A stretch of 64,000 nucleotides of DNA from Planctomycetota bacterium (GTDB lineage: Bacteria > Planctomycetota > Phycisphaerae > Sedimentisphaerales > Anaerobacaceae): the NCBI GenBank assembly GCA_025459125.1, contig JALORE010000023.1, forward strand, positions 5,981-69,980. Reading direction: 5' to 3'. Positions 28,073 to 38,323 of this stretch are shown piece after piece. The first letter of the stretch is position 1, and each line of letters begins with the position of its first letter. A program made the translations under genes and the position numbers. The notes under the pieces are model-generated. The model had not been told where the DNA came from and did not search any database. It saw only the letters and a program-made list of their open reading frames with translations.

Positions 28073-30472
28073 CTACTCGCATCGCAGCGTCACCATGGGG
28101 TCGATCCGCGCCGCGCGGCGGGCGGGAAGATAGCAGGCCGCCAACGCCACCGCCGTCAAAAGCAGCAACGCCCCCGCGAAGGTGACAGGATCGGTGGGAC
28201 TGATCTGGAACAGCAGGCCGGATACGCAGCGTGTCAGCAGCAAGGCGCCGATGATGCCGATTCCCAGGCCGGCCGCCAACAGGCGGACGCCACGGCGGAG
28301 CATGAGTCTCCGGATATCGCCCTGCTCGGCGCCGAATGCCAGACGAATGCCGATTTCCCACCGACGTTCCTGGACTGCAAGGGCCATGAGGCCATAGATG
28401 CCCGCGACCGCCAGCAGCAGTGCCACGGCACCCGTCACCAAGAAGAGAACCGTGCAGAAACGGGCGGTGGACGTGTTCTCGGCGAGGACCTGCGCCATGG
28501 TCTGGGTCCGCAGGATCGGCTGGTCGGGATCCAGGTCGCGAAGAGCCTGGCGCACCCCCGCCGCCAGGTTCATGGGGTCCCCGCCCGTGCGGACCAGGAT
28601 GGTCATGCCCCGCTCACAGTGCTGACAGATGGGTTCGTACATCATCGGCGGGCCGTCGCGATCGCTCAACGAGAACACCTTCACGTTGCCAACCACCCCC
28701 ACAATCCGCTTGACCGTTTCCCAATGAACGATCGTCTTGCCGAGGGGCTCCCCGTCCGGTACGTAGCGCCGCACGAACTCCTGGTCCACGATGATGATTC
28801 TCTCCTGGGCCATCCGATCCGCCGGTTCGAAGAAACGCCCGCGGAGCAGGGGAATCTTCAGGCACGAGAAGTAGCCATCGGTCACCAGGCGGTATTGCGC
28901 ACTGACGCTGCGTTCCGCGCCGGAGGCCTCGTCCCGGATGGTGAAGGCCGTCTGGAAATATCCGTCTCCCAGGGGGTGCGCGTCCGTGGCGCCGACCGAC
29001 TCGACGCCCGGCAGGCGCGCGAGCTGATCCACCGCGTTCTGGTAAAAAGCCGCGCGGGCGACTTCCTGGCGATTCTCCGGGGAGTCGGGCCGCTCCATCT
29101 CGACCAGCAGCACGCCGGAGGTGACAAAGCCAGGATTCACACCGGCCAGACGAAAGAAACTGCGAAGCAACAGACCCGTCCCCGTCAGCAGGACCAGCGT
29201 CAGGGCAATCTGCCAGACGACCAGAGCACCCAGGAGGCGTTGACGCGACAAGCCGGTGGAGGCCCGTAGCCCGCCCTCACTGAGAACGGCATGGTACGAG
29301 CAGCGCGATGCACGCCACGCCGGGACCAGGCCAAAGAACACCGCCGTCGGCACCGACAAGACCACCGTGAACCCCAGGACGGTACGGTCAACGCGAATCT
29401 CGTCGAGTCCCGGAAGCTGGGGGGCCACGGCCAGCAGGCTGCGCAAACCCCAGGACGCCAGGATCAGCCCCAGGCCGCCGCCCAGCAAGCCCAGCAGGAC
29501 GCTCTCCGTCAACATCTGCCGGATGATCCGGCCCCGCCGCGCCCCCAGCGCGCACCGCACCGCGACTTCGCGTCCCCGCGTTCCCGCGCGGGCCAGCAGC
29601 AGGTTCGCCACATTGGCACACGCAATCAGAAGCACCAGCGCAACGGCCCCGTGCAGTACCAGAAACGCCAGGCCCGCGATCGTGCCCAGGAGCGACTTGA
29701 TGGTCCGGAGGCTGATCCCCAGGTCCTTTTCGATATCGGGGTTCTCCTGGGTTAGTTGGGCCGCGACCAGGTCCATCTGAGCCTGGGCCTGCGCCAGTGG
29801 TACGTCCGGCTTCAGGCGTCCCAGAACAAACAGATAACGATAGGCGCGACCCGTCTGGAAGTCGCTGCGCGGGATCGGCACATAGATCTGGGCCTGTTTC
29901 TCGATGAAACCGATCGTGGGTCGGGCCACGCCAACCACGGTCCAGGGGGCCCCTTCCAGGACGATCTTCCGGCCGGCAATGTCCGGATCGCTCCCGAACA
30001 CGTCTCGCCAGAGCCGATAGCTGAGCACCGCCACTTGATGCCGGCCCGTCTGGGCCTCCTGCTCATCAAAGTCCCGGCCGAGCAACAGCGGTGCGCCCAG
30101 GGTGTGAAAGAACCCGGGCGTCACTTTCAGACCATTCAGCGCCAGCGGTTGGCCGGCGCCGGTCAGACTGAAGCGGCCGCCGGTCAGCGCGCTGAGTCCG
30201 TCAAAGACGGTGCTGTGTTCGGCCCAGTCCAGGTATTCCGGTCCCGACACCGAGAAATCCGGGCCGGATTTGCCCCGCTGGTTCCAGACGCGCACCAGAC
30301 GCTCGGGATGCTCATACGGCAGCGGGCTCATCAGCACGGCGTGCGTCATCGTGAAGACCGCCGTGTTGGCCCCGATGCCCAGTCCCAACACCAGCACCAC
30401 CAGGGCCGTGAAACCCGGGCTCCGCGCCAACATCCGCACGCCATACCGTGCATCGTGCCAGACCGTTCTCAT
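28073..30472 (-). CDS. ADOP-family duplicated FtsX/MacB-type ABC permease (799 aa)
   Basis: N-terminus 'MRTVWHDARYGVRMLARSPGF', C-terminus 'ARRAARIDPMVTLRCE'. Confidence 0.9.
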   Translation of the reverse strand: MRTVWHDARYGVRMLARSPGFTALVVLVLGLGIGANTAVFTMTHAVLMSPLPYEHPERLVRVWNQRGKSGPDFSVSGPEYLDWAEHSTVFDGLSALTGGRFSLTGAGQPLALNGLKVTPGFFHTLGAPLLLGRDFDEQEAQTGRHQVAVLSYRLWRDVFGSDPDIAGRKIVLEGAPWTVVGVARPTIGFIEKQAQIYVPIPRSDFQTGRAYRYLFVLGRLKPDVPLAQAQAQMDLVAAQLTQENPDIEKDLGISLRTIKSLLGTIAGLAFLVLHGAVALVLLIACANVANLLLARAGTRGREVAVRCALGARRGRIIRQMLTESVLLGLLGGGLGLILASWGLRSLLAVAPQLPGLDEIRVDRTVLGFTVVLSVPTAVFFGLVPAWRASRCSYHAVLSEGGLRASTGLSRQRLLGALVVWQIALTLVLLTGTGLLLRSFFRLAGVNPGFVTSGVLLVEMERPDSPENRQEVARAAFYQNAVDQLARLPGVESVGATDAHPLGDGYFQTAFTIRDEASGAERSVSAQYRLVTDGYFSCLKIPLLRGRFFEPADRMAQERIIIVDQEFVRRYVPDGEPLGKTIVHWETVKRIVGVVGNVKVFSLSDRDGPPMMYEPICQHCERGMTILVRTGGDPMNLAAGVRQALRDLDPDQPILRTQTMAQVLAENTSTARFCTVLFLVTGAVALLLAVAGIYGLMALAVQERRWEIGIRLAFGAEQGDIRRLMLRRGVRLLAAGLGIGIIGALLLTRCVSGLLFQISPTDPVTFAGALLLLTAVALAACYLPARRAARIDPMVTLRCE

Positions 30473-30566
30473 GGGTCATCTCCGCCTATAGCTTCGGTTT
30501 TGTCACCGGCTACCGCCATGCGCTCCCTCATCCGAGGCGATCCGCGGCTATTCCATCCTTCCATTC

Positions 30567-32862
30567 CTATTCGCAGCGCAGCGCTACCATCGGATCGATC
30601 CGCGCGGCTCGACGGGCGGGCAGCCAGGCGGCGAGCAGGGCCACCGCGAGCAGTACCACCGACGCCGCGGTCAGAGCCAGTGGGTCGTGCGGCCCGACGC
30701 CGTAGAGTTGGCTGCGGATCAGGCGTCCGGCCGCGAAGACCGCCGGCAGGCCAACGGCCAAGCCGACCAACGCCAGCAGCAGAGCCTCGCGCAGGATGGG
30801 ACCGGCCACGTGACGGGCCGTCGCGCCCAGCGCCATCCGGATGCCGATTTCGCTCGTGCGGCGCGCGACGTTGTACGCCATCAGGCCATAGAGCCCGAGA
30901 CACGACAGCAGCATCGCCAGACCCGCCAGCGCACTGCACAGGGTGGCGAAGAGGCGTTCCTGGCTGATTCGCTTGTTCCGCACCTGCTCCTGCGTGGTGA
31001 TGTCGGCCAGCGGAATCGCGGGATCAAGCGCCGCCACCACCTTGCGGGCCGCCGTCGTCACCGCCGGGGGCGGCAACGAGGTCCGCAGGACGAAGTACAC
31101 GCCGCCGACCGACTCCTGACGGAACGAGAAGTACACCGTGGCCGGTATATCGTTCTTGATGTCCGTGTATTTGGCATCGCGGCACACTCCCACAATCTGC
31201 CAGTCCCGCCCGTCTTTTCCTTGGAGGATCTGTCCCAGGGCATTTTCCGCCGACAGGTAGCGGCGGACAAATGTCTCGTTGACCACGACGACGCGCGGTG
31301 CGCCCTCCACATCGCCCGTGCGGAAGCCCCGGCCGAGCAGCAGGGGAAGGCCCATCGTGGTGAAGAACGTCTCACTCACCGTGAGCCGATGAGCGTTAGG
31401 CGCAGAGGCGCCCTCCCGGGGGTGACCGGAGAGGGTGAAGAAATTGCCCCCCGACATCGTGCCGCCCAGCAACTTGAATTGCGTCAGCGCCGCCGACCGC
31501 ACGCCGGGAAGCGCCGCCAACGCTTGTTGAACCCGGTCGTAGAACTCGGCCACGCGCGCGCCGTGATAGCCTGCCTGGTGGGGAATGACCTGGAACAGCA
31601 AGAGGTTCTCCGTGGCAAAGCCCGGATTGATGCCAACCAGGTTGACAAGCGTGCGGACGTAGAGACCCGCGGCAGTCACGAGGAGCAACGAAAGCGCGAT
31701 CTGCGCCGCGACGAGCATCCGCCCGGCCCGCAGCCGCGCCGGCCCGAGTGCCCTGCGGTTCTTCAGTCCCGTCAATGGATCCACGCCCGCCGCCCGCAGT
31801 GCCGGCAGCAGGCCGGAGAGCAGCGCGGCGGCCAGCGCCGTCGCCAGCAGAAAGCCCAGGACCTTGAGATCGAGCGCCGTATCGTAATGCAGCCCCTCTG
31901 CGGAGCCAGCGACGAGCCGCGAGATCGCCTCTTTGCCCCAGTAGGCCAGCAGAATGCCGGCGCCGGAACAGGAGCAACAGCGGCTTGCGATAGAAGCTGC
32001 GGTCATAAGAGGGGCCGCTCCGCCCGTCTTCGACCAGGACCTTCGGCGTCTTCATGAGGGACGTCGTCGTGCGGATGAACACCACATCCAGCGCGGCCTG
32101 GAGTTGCGCGTCGCTCACGTTCGGTTTGAGCCGCGCCATCGTCTGGACCCACCAGACGCCGGCCGCGGTTCTCGACCAGCTCGGTTGCAGTTGCGGCTGC
32201 ATGGCCATCGAAACATAGAACGCCGTTTGGTCCGCCGGACACAGTCCGGCGAATTCACGCGGCAATACGCCGACCACGATGAGGCTTTGAGCATTTACCA
32301 GGAGCGTCTGTCCCAGCACGGCGGGATCGAGCGCGAACTCTCGCTCCCACAGGGCATGGGAGATCACCGCCGTCGGAGCCGCTGGGTCCCGTTCGTCCTG
32401 CGCCGACAACAGCCGCCCGAGATGGGCACGCACGCCCAAAGCGGAGAAGAAGTTGTCCGATACCATCGCGCCCGGCGCGACGAAAGGCTCGCGCCGGCCG
32501 CGCAGGGTGACGGAATGCAGCGGCAGGTAACCGAATATTTCCGCCAACGCTCGCGTCTCGTCCCGCAAACCGGTGAAGACCGGATAGCTGAACGCGTCGG
32601 CGACTACCGGCGTGGCGCCGTGGGAGTTCCAATTGCCGGTGAAGTTGGCGATCTTCGTTTCCGCGCCGGACCATTTCAGCACGCGCAGCTCGTGCGGATT
32701 CGGCACCGGCAGCGAACGCAGCAGGATGGCGTTGACGAGCGAGAAGATGGCCGTAGTAGCCCCCAAGCCGAGGGCCAGCGAGATCACCGCCACCACCGTG
32801 TATCCCGGCTTCTTCAGCAGTGTCCGAACAGCGTAACGGATATCCTGCCCCAAGGTCGTCAT
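30567..32862 (-). pseudogene. ADOP-family permease pseudogene (out-of-frame internal deletion)
   Basis: The N-terminal half lies in ORF 31396..32937, from '[21 protein letters not shown]' (ATG 32862). The C-terminal half lies in ORF 30567..32006. The frames join near 31961..31975 ('...RKPLLLL' then '[14 protein letters not shown]'). TM2 and most of TM3 of the first FtsX module are missing. Confidence 0.8.
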
Positions 32863-34841
32863 GGCTCGACTCCAGTTCGTAGGGTGTGCTGTGCACACCA
32901 ATTCCAAAGACGCATAGAGTTGCGGTGTGCACAGCACACCCTACGTCCGTCAACTCCCTCCCATTCACATCTCAACGCCACCATCGGATCGACTCGCGCC
33001 GCCCGGCGGGCCGGCAGGTAGCAGGCCAGCAGGGTTACGGCCGCCAGGAGCGCCGCCACGCCGGTGAACGTCAGCGGGTCCGTGGGACTGACTTCGTACA
33101 GGAGGCTGGACAGGAACCGCGTCAATCCGAACGAACCGAGCCCGGCTCCCCAATTACTGCCGGATGAAGTGCCGCTGAGGGGCTCTCGATTGTCCTGTTC
33201 CGTGAAGTCACGTCCTTGAAGAAGCGGGATGCCCATGACCCGGAAGTAATCGGGCGCAATGAGATGAACACGCAGGGAGGGCCGAAGATGAGGCAGCGGT
33301 TCGGGTCTTCCTTCAATCAGGAAGCGCATATCCCAACGGTTTTCATTCAGAGGAATCCTGGAGGCAAGGCTGGCGGCTTGCACCGCGGGTAACGCGCGCA
33401 CGTTTTCGAGAAGGGCGTGGTAGAAGAGAATCCTCTGCTCATCCTTCCGATCCGGCAGGTCGATATGAAACGTCAAAACGCGGTCAACTACGAAGCCAGG
33501 ATCGACCTGCAGGAGTCCACGAAAGCTGCGCAGGAGCAGGCCGGCACCGGCCAAGAGAACAAGAGTCAGGGCGACTTCCGCCACCACAAGCCCTTGCCGC
33601 AATCCCGCACGACCGGACGTGTTACCGCAACCGGTTTCCTTGAGAGTGCCCTGCAAGCTGACGCGCCTCGCATGCCACGCCGGTGCGAGGCCGAACAGGA
33701 TGCCGGTGACCACTGCCGCCAGGCCGGAGAAGAGAAGCGCACGCAAGTCAAGGCTGATTTCGGGCGCGCGCGGCATACTCTCGCCCGCCAGAACGCCAAC
33801 GACACGGAGGACGCCTTTGGCGAAAAGGAAGCCCACTATCGCGCCCAGCAGGGCGAGCAAGCCGCCTTCCATGAGTACTTGGCGTGCGACTCGCCATGGG
33901 CTCGCTCCCGACGCCGCGCGTACCGCCATTTCTTGCTCGTGGGCCGCGGCGCGCGCCAGCAGAAGGTTGGCGACGTTGGCACAGGCAATGACCAACACCA
34001 GACTGACCGCCCCGAAGAGTATCCAGAGTGCGCGGCGGACGTTTCCAACTTGGTTGTCCAGTAATCGGTCGATCTGGACACGCCGGGTCTTGTTGGATTC
34101 CGGGTATTGTTGTTCCAGGCGAACAGCGATGACATCCAAATCGGCTCGTGCCTTGGCGAGAGTCACTCCCGGTTTAAGACACGCCAATCCGAACAGTCCG
34201 GGATGATAGTCTCGCCTTTGCCAACTGGACTCGGCGGAAAAAGGACGCGCCGGCAACCAGAGGTCGACTTTGCCGGGGAATTCAAAGCGCGCGGGCATGA
34301 CTCCCAAAACGGTATGGAGTTTCCCATCGACGCTGATCGGCTTATTGACAATTCCGGCATCACCGCCAAACCGATCCTGCCCCAGTGCGTGGCTGACCAC
34401 GGCCACCGGCGCTGCGCCCGGATTGTCTTCGTCGTCGCCGAAGACCCTCCCGATTTCCGGTTGCGTGCGCAGGGCCGCAAACACCTCCGCCGACACCATC
34501 GCCCCCGCCAGCCGGACGGGCTCGCCTGCACCAGTGAGGGTAAAGTTGTTCCCGCTGCAAACGCCGAATCTCTCAAAAACCGATTGCTGATTCCTCCACT
34601 CGATGCAATTTGGATAGGCAATCGGTCCATTCGACCAATCGGGCCCCCGCTCACACAACCAGACCAGTTGATCGGAGTCGGGATAAGCAAGCGGGCGCAA
34701 CAGTACCGCATCCACAACACTGAAAATGGCGGTGTTCGCGCCCATTCCCAACGCGAGGGTACGCACGGCCACGGCCGCGAAGCCGGAGTTCCTGCGCAAT
34801 TGCCATGCGCCGGAACGAACATCCAGCCACCAGGTCGTCAT
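32859..34841 (-). CDS. ADOP-family permease with a large in-frame internal deletion and stop-codon loss (probably non-functional)
   Basis: N-terminus '[21 protein letters not shown]'. After '[12 protein letters not shown]' the sequence jumps to '[19 protein letters not shown]...[16 protein letters not shown]'. The usual TAG is TGG, so the ORF reads through the REPIN to a TGA overlapping the next ATG (ATGA at 32859..32862). Confidence 0.6.
   Translation of the reverse strand: MTTWWLDVRSGAWQLRRNSGFAAVAVRTLALGMGANTAIFSVVDAVLLRPLAYPDSDQLVWLCERGPDWSNGPIAYPNCIEWRNQQSVFERFGVCSGNNFTLTGAGEPVRLAGAMVSAEVFAALRTQPEIGRVFGDDEDNPGAAPVAVVSHALGQDRFGGDAGIVNKPISVDGKLHTVLGVMPARFEFPGKVDLWLPARPFSAESSWQRRDYHPGLFGLACLKPGVTLAKARADLDVIAVRLEQQYPESNKTRRVQIDRLLDNQVGNVRRALWILFGAVSLVLVIACANVANLLLARAAAHEQEMAVRAASGASPWRVARQVLMEGGLLALLGAIVGFLFAKGVLRVVGVLAGESMPRAPEISLDLRALLFSGLAAVVTGILFGLAPAWHARRVSLQGTLKETGCGNTSGRAGLRQGLVVAEVALTLVLLAGAGLLLRSFRGLLQVDPGFVVDRVLTFHIDLPDRKDEQRILFYHALLENVRALPAVQAASLASRIPLNENRWDMRFLIEGRPEPLPHLRPSLRVHLIAPDYFRVMGIPLLQGRDFTEQDNREPLSGTSSGSNWGAGLGSFGLTRFLSSLLYEVSPTDPLTFTGVAALLAAVTLLACYLPARRAARVDPMVALRCEWEGVDGRRVCCAHRNSMRLWNWCAQHTLRTGVEP
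32879..32944. repeat. REPIN-like palindrome (P-type), translated by read-through of the upstream gene
   Basis: GTAGGGTGTGCTGTGCACACC ... GGTGTGCACAGCACACCCTAC. Confidence 0.8.
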
Positions 34842-34924
34842 CGCTCCATCTCCGCTGAACAGCCGGTTCTCATCCGGTTCTTCTTTCGCCGACGACGGAC
34901 TACGGGCTGCCGACCACCCGTCCG

Positions 34925-35674
34925 TCAGGCCACGTCGAAGCCGCTTTGCTTGAGCTCGGCGGATTCCTGCTGCCGGCGGGTGGCCTCTTCCTCCTCCACG
35001 ATCCGGCCGTCGAACAGGTGTACGGTGCGCTGGGCGTGGCGGGCGTAGCGCGGGTCGTGCGTGACCATGCAGATTGTGGCGCCGTCCCGGTGCAGTTCGC
35101 CCAGCAGGCCCATGACCGCCTCGCTGTTATTCGAGTCGAGATTTCCAGTCGGCTCGTCGGCCAGCAGGATGGACGGTCGCCCCACCACCGCACGGGCGAC
35201 CGCCACCCTTTGCTGCTGACCGCCGGACAACTGGGCCGGGTAATGTTTCATGCGATGGGACATCCCCACGCGCTCCAGCGCCTCCTGCGTCCGCTGCTTG
35301 CGCTCGGCGGAGGGCATGCCCCGGTAGGTCAACGGCAGTTCCACGTTCTCGTAGACCGTCAGGTCACCGATCAGGTTGAAGCTTTGGAAGATGAACCCCA
35401 CCTGCCGATTGCGGATGCGGGCCCGCTGCGAGGCGGAGAGGTTCGCCACCGATTCCCCCGCCAGGCAGTAGTCGCCTTCGGTCGGCGAGTCGAGCAGGCC
35501 GAGAATCGCCATGAGGGTCGATTTGCCGCAGCCGGACGGTCCCGCGATGGAAACGTACTCGCCCTGGGCAATGGACAAGTGAATCCCCGCCAGGGCATGC
35601 GTCTCGACCTCCTCCGTGATGAAAACCTTGTGCAGGTTCTCGACGCGAATCAACGCTTCATTTGATTGGGTCAT
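34925..35674 (-). CDS. ABC transporter ATP-binding protein, MacB-type, stand-alone (249 aa)
   Basis: ORF 34925..35761 with start moved to 'MTQSNEALIRVENLHKVF' (ATG 35674); upstream codons translate a REP palindrome. Walker A 'GPSGCGKSTL', signature 'LSGGQQQRVAVARA', Walker B 'ILLADEPTGNLD'. Confidence 0.92.
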   Translation of the reverse strand: MTQSNEALIRVENLHKVFITEEVETHALAGIHLSIAQGEYVSIAGPSGCGKSTLMAILGLLDSPTEGDYCLAGESVANLSASQRARIRNRQVGFIFQSFNLIGDLTVYENVELPLTYRGMPSAERKQRTQEALERVGMSHRMKHYPAQLSGGQQQRVAVARAVVGRPSILLADEPTGNLDSNNSEAVMGLLGELHRDGATICMVTHDPRYARHAQRTVHLFDGRIVEEEEATRRQQESAELKQSGFDVA

Positions 35675-35690
35675 TTGTTGGTTCCCCAAT

Positions 35691-35758
35691 GTAGGGTGGG
35701 CTGTGCCCACCATCCTTTGTTCGCCTGCAACAGAGCTGGTGGGCACAGCCCACCCTAC
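35691..35758. repeat. REPIN-like palindrome (P-type, G variant) between the MFP and ATPase genes
   Basis: GTAGGGTGGGCTGTGCCCACC ... GGTGGGCACAGCCCACCCTAC. Confidence 0.85.
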
Positions 35759-35760
35759 CA

Positions 35761-37023
35761 TTACTTCAGTCTAATCCTATCGCAGCCGTCCCATTGGGAC
35801 ATGTCGCTGAGGATGATCTCGTCGCCGATCTGCAAGCCCTCCAGAACTTCGATGGTGCTGACCGAGGTGCGGCCGAACTGCACCCGGCTCCGCACCGCGT
35901 GACGGCCGTCCCGCTCCACCTTGAACAGTTCCGACGGCCCCTCGGACGAGGCGAAGACCGGTCGGCCCACGTTCAGCACATCGTCCAGTTTCTCGATCGT
36001 GATCGTGCCGACCACCGACAGATCCGCGACGGCCCCATGCGGCAGGGCGCCGGTGAGGGACACATCCACGGCAATGTTGCCCTCCATGGGCGTCGGATCT
36101 TTGCGCGAGACCTTTCCGGAGACCGTCCCATGGTGGGTATCCACGAGCGCCGCCAGGCCGATGATCACGTCCCCCGCCTGGGCCTCGGGGACTTTCAGTT
36201 GGGCCTTGAGTCTCTTGGGGTTGGTGATTTTGGCCACGACCGTGCCGGCGCCGACAGACTGGCCCGGCTCGATCTTGTTCGTGATCGGGGCCAGAATCCC
36301 GGCCGTGCCGGCCCGCACGTGCAGCGACTCGACGTGCTTGAACTTCAGATCGTAGAACGACTTGGCCTTGGCAACCGTCGCCTCCGTGTCGGCCAGTTGC
36401 GCCGGCATGCTTTCCTTCTCGTACATCTCCAGGCACTGCCGGTTGATCTCCAGCAGGTTCTCGGTCTGCTTGACCCGCGCCCGCGAGAGGGTGATCTGCT
36501 GGAGCGAGATCAAGTCGTTCTGGTACTCCTTCTCGTGGACCTCCAGGGTGAGCTTGGCCTCGTCATAGCTGGCCTGGTGCTGCGCGAGGCCGGCCTGCCG
36601 CTGGAGCAGGTCGGCCCGGAGTGACGCCTTCTGCGCCCGCTCGTTCGCCACCGCGGACTTCCACTGCGTCTCAGCATTGAACAGCTCCAGCTCCAGCTCG
36701 GGATTGTCCAGCTCCAACAGGACCGTGTTTGGCTCGACCGGGGCGCCGGGCTCAACCAGGATACGAATCACACGGCCCGCCACGACCGCCGTCACCAGGA
36801 GGATGTCTTCCGAGACCAGGGTGCCGACGCCGCGCACCTCGCGGAGCATGGGACTGCGTTTGACCTTGTCCAGCCACAGCGTGCGCCGGTCCACCCCGGG
36901 TGCAGCCGGCTTGAGCCGGGAGACTCCGACCGTGACCCCCGCCACCAGGATCAGGCCGGTCGTGGCGATCAAACCCCGGCGGATGATCTTCCTGCGTTTG
37001 GCCGATTTCCGCGGTATATCCAT
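35761..37023 (-). CDS. HlyD/MacA-type periplasmic adaptor (membrane-fusion protein)
   Basis: N-terminal basic region plus one TM ('RRKIIRRGLIATTGLILVAGVTVGV'). Lipoyl/hairpin/beta-barrel style sequence ('VVAGRVIRILVEPGAPVEPNTVLLELDNPELELELFNAE', 'LHVRAGTAGILAPI'). The track ORF starts at TTG 37029; the first ATG is at 37023. Confidence 0.85.
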   Translation of the reverse strand: MDIPRKSAKRRKIIRRGLIATTGLILVAGVTVGVSRLKPAAPGVDRRTLWLDKVKRSPMLREVRGVGTLVSEDILLVTAVVAGRVIRILVEPGAPVEPNTVLLELDNPELELELFNAETQWKSAVANERAQKASLRADLLQRQAGLAQHQASYDEAKLTLEVHEKEYQNDLISLQQITLSRARVKQTENLLEINRQCLEMYEKESMPAQLADTEATVAKAKSFYDLKFKHVESLHVRAGTAGILAPITNKIEPGQSVGAGTVVAKITNPKRLKAQLKVPEAQAGDVIIGLAALVDTHHGTVSGKVSRKDPTPMEGNIAVDVSLTGALPHGAVADLSVVGTITIEKLDDVLNVGRPVFASSEGPSELFKVERDGRHAVRSRVQFGRTSVSTIEVLEGLQIGDEIILSDMSQWDGCDRIRLK

Positions 37024-37087
37024 ACCCAATCCGATCAGCTCTCAGTTATCATCAAGACGATGGAAGCGAACACAGATGTCAGCCGGA

Positions 37088-37103
37088 GCAAACAACATGC
37101 CAA
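37088..37103 (-). promoter_or_regulatory. Putative sigma-54 (-24/-12) promoter, copy B, upstream of the MFP-ATPase genes
   Basis: The minus strand reads TTGGCATGTTGTTTGC. The GC element lies 65 nt upstream of ATG 37023. Confidence 0.6.
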
Positions 37104-37179
37104 ATTCATCCGGCTTGCCCCCTTTTCCCGGCCCGGGAAGACGGCCAGGAGGCCCCGCAGGGTACCATATACGGGCCCG

Positions 37180-37218
37180 GTGTCCGCTTTCCGAACCGGC
37201 GCGCCCAAATCCGGACAC
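37180..37218. promoter_or_regulatory. Inverted-repeat candidate enhancer (UAS), copy B
   Basis: GTGTCCG-N25-CGGACAC with a central GGCGCGCC. Its centre is about 98 nt upstream of the -24 GG. Confidence 0.5.
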
Positions 37219-37244
37219 AGGCGCGTAGGCGAAGCGGAGCTCCG

Positions 37245-37375
37245 TGCTTCTCCAGCCGGCGGTTGCACCGGGTCGGAACCGGGCGCCGGCGGAAGATCTG
37301 CTCGAGGAACTTCGACTCGGTCACGCACAGGAATCGCTCCTCCTTCCGGACCGCGAGCATGGCGGCCAAGGCGCC
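37245..37375 (-). pseudogene. Relic of the 3' end of a beta-lactamase-fold gene (paralog of 4534..6102)
   Basis: Translates as 'RFLCVTESKFLEQI...VPTRCNRRLEK'. This matches the C-terminus 'GFLCVTESKFFEQV...IPTWCNYRLQEP' of the 4534..6102 product, with an internal deletion and no upstream body. Confidence 0.65.
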
Positions 37376-37441
37376 AGTACCAGAGCAGACAAAACCGTAA
37401 CGGGTGTCGCACACTTTCTGTGCTGACGGAGACTCATGGCT

Positions 37442-38323
37442 TTACACATGTTTGCCTTCCTCCAATTCGTGCCGCAGTGCGGTCATCGGATCGATCCGCG
37501 CCGCCCGGCGGGCCGGCAGAGAGCAGGCAACGAGGGAGGCCGTGCTTACCGATCAGCATCAAGGCATCCGTGGGAGCCACGCCGTACACGTAGCTGGCCG
37601 CGACCCGCGCCAGAGCGCCAACGGCAGCCAGACCAACGGCCAGACCCACCGCCACCACCGCCGCGCACCACGGTCGGCCTGGGTCTCTTCGTAGGGGACG
37701 GGAATCAGCAGATCCGGCCTGATAGGGGAATGCATCGGTCGCAGGAATCCCGGCGGCATCACACCAACGATCGTGAAGCTACGCTCCCCATATCGGGTGA
37801 GAAGGATGGATCTTCCCACGACGTCCGGGTCCGCCTGGAACCAGTTGCTCCAGCATTCGTCCGTCAGGATGGCCACCTGTTGGCGGTCCTTCCCCTCTTC
37901 CTCCAGCGCAAAGGGACGGCCGAGGGCCGGCTGGATGCCCAGCAAGTCGAACACGTTGGAGGTCACCTCCAGGGCGTGCGCCGCCTCGAAGAGGTTGCCA
38001 TAGCGCAGAGGACATGATCCGCCGCCGATGATCGCCATGTCGCGGAAAGCACGGCTGGAACCCCGACAGTCGAGGCAGTCCACATAGGAGACCTGCTTGA
38101 ACCCCGGGGAGGCCGGCTCCTCGTTGCTCTGTTCCCAAACGAGGGCCAACTCATCCGGCTTCTCATACGGGAAGGGCCGCAATAAGGCCCCGTTGACGAC
38201 ACTGAAGATTGTCGTCGTCGCGCCGATCCCCAAACCCAGACACAGAACCGCGGTCATCGTCAAGCCGGGGCTCCGGCCCAGCATCCGGACACCGTATCGA
38301 ACGTCCTGCCACAAGGTCGTCAC
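37442..38323 (-). pseudogene. ADOP-family permease pseudogene (N-terminal ~225 aa fused to the last TM; multiple frameshifts; stop loss)
   Basis: GTG-start N-terminus 'TTLWQDVRYGVRMLGRSPGL' in ORF 37559..38323. Second frame has 'AVGLAAVGALARVAASYVYGVAPTDALMLIG'. Third frame has '[18 protein letters not shown]' followed by 'LEEGKHV*'. Confidence 0.75.
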
